Of a DNA stretch of 64,000 nt, positions 58,166-64,000 are shown one piece after another. The stretch is from positions 40,926 to 104,925 of IMG/VR virus record IMGVR_UViG_3300017782_004332. One strand, given 5' to 3'. The stretch comes from a virus. The translations under genes were made by a program, and so were the position numbers. The notes beneath the pieces were generated by a model. It saw only the letters and a list, made by a program, of their open reading frames with translations. It searched no databases and had not been told where the DNA came from. Numbering within the stretch: the first letter of the stretch is position 1; the number at the start of each line of letters is the position of its first letter.

Positions 58166-60616
58166 ATGAAAACAATGGATTTTAGAAAATTAATAAACAC
58201 AGTTGATACCCTGTATACAGAAGCAAAAAAAGAACCTGAAAGGTTATCAATTGATAATGCACTAGAGCATGTTAAAGATATTCAGTGGACAGAACCAACA
58301 CCAAGCGGTAATGAATACAGCATTGCTAATAACGTAGCATTTAAAGACAAAGACCTTACTGATAATGCAGTAAGATTAGAATTATTCAAAAGCGAAATGA
58401 AGCAATCACCTGCAAGATTATTAGGTGAAATTGCACAACGCATTAAACCATCAACAGATGCACAAATTGAAATTGCTATGATGATTGGTAAAATTGGTTC
58501 TAAAATGGCCAACAACGAACCTACTTCTAAAACAGAACAAACACTTGCTATCGAAAGTATTAAGTCTGCAATACGTGGAATGAAAATTGAAAGATCCGCT
58601 GATAACACTCCCTACAAAGACGACAGCGAAGAAGATTTCAAAGACGAGTCACAGTCTTTTAAAAGTGATATTTCTAAAGCCATTGAAGAACAAGACCAAC
58701 TTTCAGAAGAATTTAAAATCCTATGGGACAGAGAACCAATTAAACGTGGTAAAGGAATGTATCAAGCAATTCAGTTTCACAACGGCACTATAAGTTATGT
58801 TCCGATGGCTGTAGATGGTAGACCAATTTGGACTGGAAAAGTACAATACGGTTTTCAAATGAAACAACTTTTAGACTTAGGTTTCGGCCTTCCGGCTTAC
58901 AATTATGGTAGTGGAGATTTTGATCCTGACTTCCAAGGTCAACCAGATGGGTATACAGATGATGGTGCTGGCGAATACAAAGGAACACATAAAAAAGTTG
59001 GTAGTCGTTGGGTAGCACTTGACCAATACAAACATTGGAAAGACAGTGACGATGGCAACTTCTATACTGATCGAAATGACTCACTTTCTGATCTAAGTTT
59101 TGCTGAATGGAAACAAGCAGGGCAAATTAGAAATATTAATCACGAACTAAAAATGTTAGCATTAGAAATTGAAGCAATTCCATTACGTGATAAGAAAGAA
59201 GCATACGAAGCAATCTTAACTGTTAATAGAGCATACCGTGGAGATGCAGAAGCATTTGATAAGATGGTTGACATGATCGAAGCAGGTACTGACATTCAAG
59301 TTATTATTGCTGGTAATGCATTACGTGGTAAGAGAGAATTACAAGATCTAATTAACTCCGACGAAATGCAACGTGCATTAACAAGCAAATCACATGCTGA
59401 GAGAATGGCAGAGATTATTAAAGACGAAGCAACCGAAACAGCAAAAGAGATCAAAGGTGATGCAGGATCTTACAGCACAAATGATCAAGGACAAACTTCA
59501 TTCAAGGGCAACAAAGACATGGCCAAGAATGCACAAGCAAGTCAATCAGGAGGCAACACAAGTGGAAGAAATACTTCAAGATCAACTAACGCTTTAAATT
59601 CATTATCAAAAGATGACTTGCCTGATATTACACTTGACAGCATAGACAACAATAGTGAACAACTTGACGAAAAGATAGTTCATCAAAGAAGAATTCAATC
59701 TAATGGTAATACTGTAAACTTTAATATTGATAAATCAAAGCCAGTAACTAAAGCAAAATATCAAGGTAAGAGTTTTGAAATATATGCAGATCCTGAAGAA
59801 ATTGAAAAATGGTTAGGAACTCGTTATAGTAACGGATGGACAATCGATGACATTGAAAAACAAGATGGAACTACAAGTACTACAAGTAAAGTAACTGGCA
59901 ACCCAGTTAAAGTAGGGACACAAACTGCTAAAGTTGGTACACAAGGTGGTACTGCTAAAAGTGGTGCAGGTAAAATTAATCCAGAAAAATGGGATGAAAT
60001 TTCTGCATTGATTAAACAAGCAGTTGATGATCAAGGCAAAGTTAATAAAACTGAAAAAGATGCAGAGCCAGAGCAAGGTGCTAACAAAGGTGAAAAACTA
60101 GATCCTAATAGTGACGAAGCAAAACAGTTGTTTAAAGATCTTGAATTAGAAAGTATTGAACCTGTTGCTGAAGGTGCTGTTAAAAAAGCATTAGAAGATG
60201 ATGCTGAAAACCTAAGCAGAGAAGAGTTTATTAAAAAACATGGCGACGCAGAATTCTTTGACAACTACAATGGTGTTGAAGAAAGTTGGTTTAACGGACT
60301 AGATGATGTTACATTAAACGGTGACGAGTTTTATGAAAACTTTGGTTGGATCGGTGACAATGAAGAAAACATCGACGAAGCAGAGTATCAAGGACGTAAA
60401 GTTAAACTAAACAAACCAATGCGTGGTGATGTTAAAAAGTTTAAAGTGTACGTAAAAAACCCAAAAGGTAACGTAGTTAAGGTTAACTTCGGTGATCCAG
60501 ATATGAAAATTAAAAGATCAAACCCAAAAAGACGTAAAAGTTTCAGAGCAAGACACAACTGTGATTCTCCGGGTCCGAAGCACAAAGCACGTTACTGGTC
60601 ATGCAGAAAATGGTAA
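58166..60616 (+). CDS. Large modular late protein with basic Cys/His C-terminal module; probable head/internal protein
   Basis: TAAATA 58139; C-terminal AEYQGRKVKLNKP...RRKSFRARHNC...ARYWSC..W. Confidence 0.6.
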   Translation: MKTMDFRKLINTVDTLYTEAKKEPERLSIDNALEHVKDIQWTEPTPSGNEYSIANNVAFKDKDLTDNAVRLELFKSEMKQSPARLLGEIAQRIKPSTDAQIEIAMMIGKIGSKMANNEPTSKTEQTLAIESIKSAIRGMKIERSADNTPYKDDSEEDFKDESQSFKSDISKAIEEQDQLSEEFKILWDREPIKRGKGMYQAIQFHNGTISYVPMAVDGRPIWTGKVQYGFQMKQLLDLGFGLPAYNYGSGDFDPDFQGQPDGYTDDGAGEYKGTHKKVGSRWVALDQYKHWKDSDDGNFYTDRNDSLSDLSFAEWKQAGQIRNINHELKMLALEIEAIPLRDKKEAYEAILTVNRAYRGDAEAFDKMVDMIEAGTDIQVIIAGNALRGKRELQDLINSDEMQRALTSKSHAERMAEIIKDEATETAKEIKGDAGSYSTNDQGQTSFKGNKDMAKNAQASQSGGNTSGRNTSRSTNALNSLSKDDLPDITLDSIDNNSEQLDEKIVHQRRIQSNGNTVNFNIDKSKPVTKAKYQGKSFEIYADPEEIEKWLGTRYSNGWTIDDIEKQDGTTSTTSKVTGNPVKVGTQTAKVGTQGGTAKSGAGKINPEKWDEISALIKQAVDDQGKVNKTEKDAEPEQGANKGEKLDPNSDEAKQLFKDLELESIEPVAEGAVKKALEDDAENLSREEFIKKHGDAEFFDNYNGVEESWFNGLDDVTLNGDEFYENFGWIGDNEENIDEAEYQGRKVKLNKPMRGDVKKFKVYVKNPKGNVVKVNFGDPDMKIKRSNPKRRKSFRARHNCDSPGPKHKARYWSCRKW

Positions 60617-60622
60617 TAAACA

Positions 60623-60970
60623 ATGCTTCTAAAAGAACTATTCGATAATAACGTATCAGAAGATACATCAGATGTACTAATAGACGATATTAAATTTTAT
60701 ATCGAACAGCAGGATGACCTGCACAAAGAGTACTTCCTTCCAGCAGTAGATGAACTAAAAAGAAAAAATCTTTTAGACGACGATTCATGTTATGAATGTT
60801 TCATGCCTATGGTTGAAGCAGGCTGTGAAAATTATCAAGAACAATATAAATTACCAGGTGTTACAGAAGAAATATATACCGACGAATTGAAAGAAATGAT
60901 CTGCAGAAGAATTGCAGAAACATGTATCGATCTAATCAAAGACGGCCAATACGATCCTAAGGAGGTATAA
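60623..60970 (+). CDS. Hypothetical acidic protein, N-terminus MLLKELF
   Basis: 115 aa ORF in late operon. Confidence 0.6.
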   Translation: MLLKELFDNNVSEDTSDVLIDDIKFYIEQQDDLHKEYFLPAVDELKRKNLLDDDSCYECFMPMVEAGCENYQEQYKLPGVTEEIYTDELKEMICRRIAETCIDLIKDGQYDPKEV

Positions 60971-61671
60971 TGCTAGTCAAGGAGTTGTTACTTGAAGCAC
61001 AACCTGTAAAGACCGCAGTAGTAACTTGGGGAAGAATGAATCCTCCTACTACTGGTCATCAAAAGGTGATCGATGTTGTTAAACAATATTCTCAAAGGTT
61101 TCAAGGCGATCCAATACTATTTCTTAGTAAATCACAAAAACCTAAAACAGACCCATTATCATTTGCAGAAAAGTTACATTTTACACAAGAAATGTTTAAT
61201 GTTCCAGTTGATAGAAATACCAGTGTAAAAACAATTATTCAAATGTTTCAGACACTACAAGGCAAAGGATATAGTAATATTGTTCTAGTTGCAGGAAGTG
61301 ACAGAGTACAACAATATCAAGATTTAATTAATAAGTATAATAACAAGCCTGATACAAAAGGTGTAATACCTTTTACATTTAAAAATGCTAAAGTAGTAAG
61401 CAGTGGCGAACGTGATCCAGATGCTGAAGGCATTGCTGGTATGAGTGCAAGTAAATTAAGAGCATTTGCTAGTGAAGGCAACTTTGAAGGTTTTAAACAA
61501 GGTGTTTCAGGAAACGAAGCACTTGCTAAACAAATGTATCAACGTGTGCGTCAAGGTATGGGAATTACCGAAGAAGCGGCTGGTGTTGGCATAATTACTA
61601 AACAAAATAGTACTAAAGATGTTAAGAAAGGTACTATGAAAAAAATGATGAAGGGACTTAAATTGATATGA
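60970..61671 (+). CDS. Cytidylyltransferase-like (HxGH-type nucleotidyltransferase)
   Basis: WGRMNPPTTGH, DPL....K, VAGSDRV, GERDPDA...GMSASK.R. Confidence 0.8.
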   Translation: MLVKELLLEAQPVKTAVVTWGRMNPPTTGHQKVIDVVKQYSQRFQGDPILFLSKSQKPKTDPLSFAEKLHFTQEMFNVPVDRNTSVKTIIQMFQTLQGKGYSNIVLVAGSDRVQQYQDLINKYNNKPDTKGVIPFTFKNAKVVSSGERDPDAEGIAGMSASKLRAFASEGNFEGFKQGVSGNEALAKQMYQRVRQGMGITEEAAGVGIITKQNSTKDVKKGTMKKMMKGLKLI

Positions 61672-62180
61672 GAGCAACAGAATTCTTAATCGAAGGTAAG
61701 CAAGAAATCATGCATATTATTAATGCAATCAAAACGGTTGCTGGTAGAGTGCAAGAAGTAAAACAATATTTAGAAGGAGCAGTTGGTAAACCTTTGAATC
61801 AAATTAGTTCACAGGATATTTACGATAAACTTATTAAAAAAGGTGTTCCGTTTGCTAGAGCAGGTGCTAGAATGGGTAGCCAAGAAGTAGCAAAAATGGG
61901 TTACAGTATGAGTACAATGCTAACCTATGCAAAATGGAATAAAAGCGGTGTAGCACAGGAAATAGGTAAAATGTTACCTGATATGGTATATGCAACTGAT
62001 CCAGAAATGAGAAAAAACATTGCTATTAAATTAAACATTTCAGAACAAGACATTGATGCTGTTATAGATGCGTATGAAGATTTAGCAGACAAATTTCCTA
62101 AGGCGGCACAGTTAATGGAAAAAGGTGATTTCGAAGGTGCACTAGATCAAGTTGTTGCAAGGATGTTACAAGGATTATAA
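61668..62180 (+). CDS. Hypothetical protein, N-terminus MRATEFLIE
   Basis: ATGA-coupled 170 aa ORF. Confidence 0.6.
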   Translation: MRATEFLIEGKQEIMHIINAIKTVAGRVQEVKQYLEGAVGKPLNQISSQDIYDKLIKKGVPFARAGARMGSQEVAKMGYSMSTMLTYAKWNKSGVAQEIGKMLPDMVYATDPEMRKNIAIKLNISEQDIDAVIDAYEDLADKFPKAAQLMEKGDFEGALDQVVARMLQGL

Positions 62181-62183
62181 TTC

Positions 62184-62420
62184 ATGACCAAGGACGAAAT
62201 AACAACATTAAAACGATTAGCAGGAATTACAAATAGTTTTAAAGGTCAGCAACCTGTTAACTTCGAAAATATAACCTATAGTGCTCAAGCAACTAAAGAT
62301 AAAGAAAAGAAACTAGGATTAAAACCTGGAGATAAAGATTGGTTTAAACTTTGGTTTGCAAGACCATTAATGACAGGCGGAAATTTACCACAAGGATTTA
62401 GAGGAAGAAAAAAGAAATGA
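62184..62420 (+). CDS. Hypothetical basic protein (LKRLAGI motif)
   Basis: 78 aa ORF. Confidence 0.55.
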   Translation: MTKDEITTLKRLAGITNSFKGQQPVNFENITYSAQATKDKEKKLGLKPGDKDWFKLWFARPLMTGGNLPQGFRGRKKK

Positions 62421-63355
62421 GTCAAACAGATAATACTCCTACAGAAATTTATCTAGACATGGACGGTGTCCTTGCTGACTTCTTTGCAGAATATGCTAAA
62501 CTTGCTGGTGTAACTTCAGGTAGTTATAGAGATATTCCGCCTGCAAAAGTTGACCCTACATTAAACAAAATGATAGGTACAGACTTTTTTGCAAGATTAC
62601 CAATGTTTCCGTCAGCACAAAAGTTAATGCAACTAGTTTTAAATTACACAGATCATTACAGTATTTGTTCAAGTCCGTTACGCGGGGATCATAAAAACTC
62701 TGAACATCATAAAAGAGTTTGGATATCTAAGCATCTCAACCCACAACCTAAAGATATTGTTATTACAGGTAGAAAAAGTAAGTGGGCAACCCAACCGGAC
62801 GGTACCCCGAACATTCTCATAGACGATAGGGGCAAAAACATAAGTGACTGGATTGCGGCTGGAGGATACGGAATTAAATATCAAGCAGACGAAGATTCAT
62901 TAGAAAGTGTTAAAATGGGGTTGGACAGATTCTTCAGGGGAGATGTTGAAGAACCAAAAACACCTGAAAGTTATTCAAGACAAGAACTTCCACAAGTTAC
63001 ATCCGAATTACTAAACAACATACCTCATACTGTAGAAACAGTAGATATGGAGCATCTTTGTCCAGTACAAAAAGAAATTATAAAAGAAAATTTAGTAAAA
63101 CAATTTAAACGTCTTAAAGAAAACAAATTTAGACCTATTGTAGTTGACAAAGACTATCGTATTATTAATGGACATCACAGATACGAAGTGCTAAAACAAT
63201 TGAATAGCGGCTATGCTGAAGTTGCTCGTATTCCTTTTACGCTTGAAGAAGTAAAAAGTGTAATGGAAAAATGGAGTGCAAAATATAAAAAAAGTATAAA
63301 CTGTAGCAATCCAAAAGGGTTCAGTCAAAAGGCTCATTGTGCTGGAAAGAAATAA
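62417..63355 (+). CDS. 5'(3')-deoxyribonucleotidase-like HAD domain fused to ParB/Srx-like domain and basic tail
   Basis: YLDMDGVLADF, ICSSP, K..W, ILIDD; then PIVVD....IINGHHRY; tail KWSAKYKKSINCSNPKGFSQKAHC. Confidence 0.78.
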   Translation: MSQTDNTPTEIYLDMDGVLADFFAEYAKLAGVTSGSYRDIPPAKVDPTLNKMIGTDFFARLPMFPSAQKLMQLVLNYTDHYSICSSPLRGDHKNSEHHKRVWISKHLNPQPKDIVITGRKSKWATQPDGTPNILIDDRGKNISDWIAAGGYGIKYQADEDSLESVKMGLDRFFRGDVEEPKTPESYSRQELPQVTSELLNNIPHTVETVDMEHLCPVQKEIIKENLVKQFKRLKENKFRPIVVDKDYRIINGHHRYEVLKQLNSGYAEVARIPFTLEEVKSVMEKWSAKYKKSINCSNPKGFSQKAHCAGKK

Positions 63356-63357
63356 TC

Positions 63358-63558
63358 ATGAGGATTGTAGAGGTATTAGAAAACTTCGCTGATGGCAAGA
63401 AAAAAGGCAAATCAAGACCAGGGCGTGTAAAAAAGTCAGGTGCTAGTTGTAACGGATCGGTTACAAGTTTAAGAGCAAAAGCAAAAAAGGCTAGTGGAGA
63501 ACGTGCTAAAATGTATCACTGGTGTGCTAACATGAAGTCGGGGAAAAAGAAAAAATGA
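63358..63558 (+). CDS. Small basic protein, N-terminus MRIVEVLE
   Basis: ATG 63358 just after upstream stop. Confidence 0.6.
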   Translation: MRIVEVLENFADGKKKGKSRPGRVKKSGASCNGSVTSLRAKAKKASGERAKMYHWCANMKSGKKKK

Positions 63559-64000
63559 GATCACAAGAATTTGTAACAGAACTTGTGACTGGTACCAGTA
63601 ATAAAGAACACCTTATAAACCGTGCCAACAAAGTTGCTGACATTTGTGCTACTATGGGCGACAAGCCTTTATTGTATAGACAGGTTCGTAATACTGGTAT
63701 GTACGGCGACAAAGCACTTATTATCAAAGCCACACCAAGAAGCATATACAAAGACGAAAAATTATTAGGCTCAGGAAACTTAATGCAACCTGTTGTGTTA
63801 AAAAAACTCGATATTGAGCATGTTGTGTTTGCCACAATGGATCCACATCCTGGCACACAAGGCAAGTTTGGAGCAAACTATTTTATGGTTCCAATTGGAG
63901 CATACAAAGTTTACAGTAGTCCGCAGGTAAAGGACTTGGGTACAGAAAATTCATACAATGATAAAGATCGCAAAATGTTTGCGCCGCCTAGTGATGAAGA
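63555..64000 (+). CDS. Hypothetical protein, N-terminus MRSQEFVTE (runs off window)
   Basis: ATGA overlap; frame open to the window end. Confidence 0.6.
   Translation, partial: MRSQEFVTELVTGTSNKEHLINRANKVADICATMGDKPLLYRQVRNTGMYGDKALIIKATPRSIYKDEKLLGSGNLMQPVVLKKLDIEHVVFATMDPHPGTQGKFGANYFMVPIGAYKVYSSPQVKDLGTENSYNDKDRKMFAPPSDE

Noticed and set aside
1-64000. Cellular chromosome or prophage origin, given many host-like genes
   Set aside because: Host-like genes are interleaved with virion genes, T4-like late boxes and a phage-type clamp loader; no integrase or host operon structure in the window

Overview
AT-rich, gene-dense, almost entirely + strand segment of a large T4-like/jumbo myophage genome, most plausibly aquatic and infecting a Gram-negative host. 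Host and lineage are inferred from gene content only. Left to right: groEL 3' end; tail/structural genes and a subtilase; an island with a CHASE2 class III nucleotide cyclase facing divergently a csgF-csgG-curlin-FecR-curlin operon; four tRNAs with structured spacers; two ClpP genes; a queD/glycosyltransferase/2OG-Fe(II) oxygenase/phosphomannomutase/uvsE/sodC cluster; very large baseplate/tail-fibre genes; a stand-alone DnaE fragment; groES, MazG-like, clamp loader, ferredoxin and phoH; a GH108 endolysin-spanin-holin cassette; dnaJ-def-clpA; and a block of probable head-packaged proteins. Two promoter classes are visible: sigma70-like TTGACA-N17-TATAAT and a T4-late-like TAAATA box. The main leads are (1) the curli-secretion/FecR/cyclase island, (2) a recurrent TAAATA-N5-ATG architecture suggesting leaderless late mRNAs, and (3) a shared N-terminal M-x-x-x-E-hydrophobic tag plus Glu-delimited modules suggesting a capsid-cargo/polyprotein system that includes a Cu/Zn SOD. 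No database searches were run; all calls rest on motif recognition by eye.
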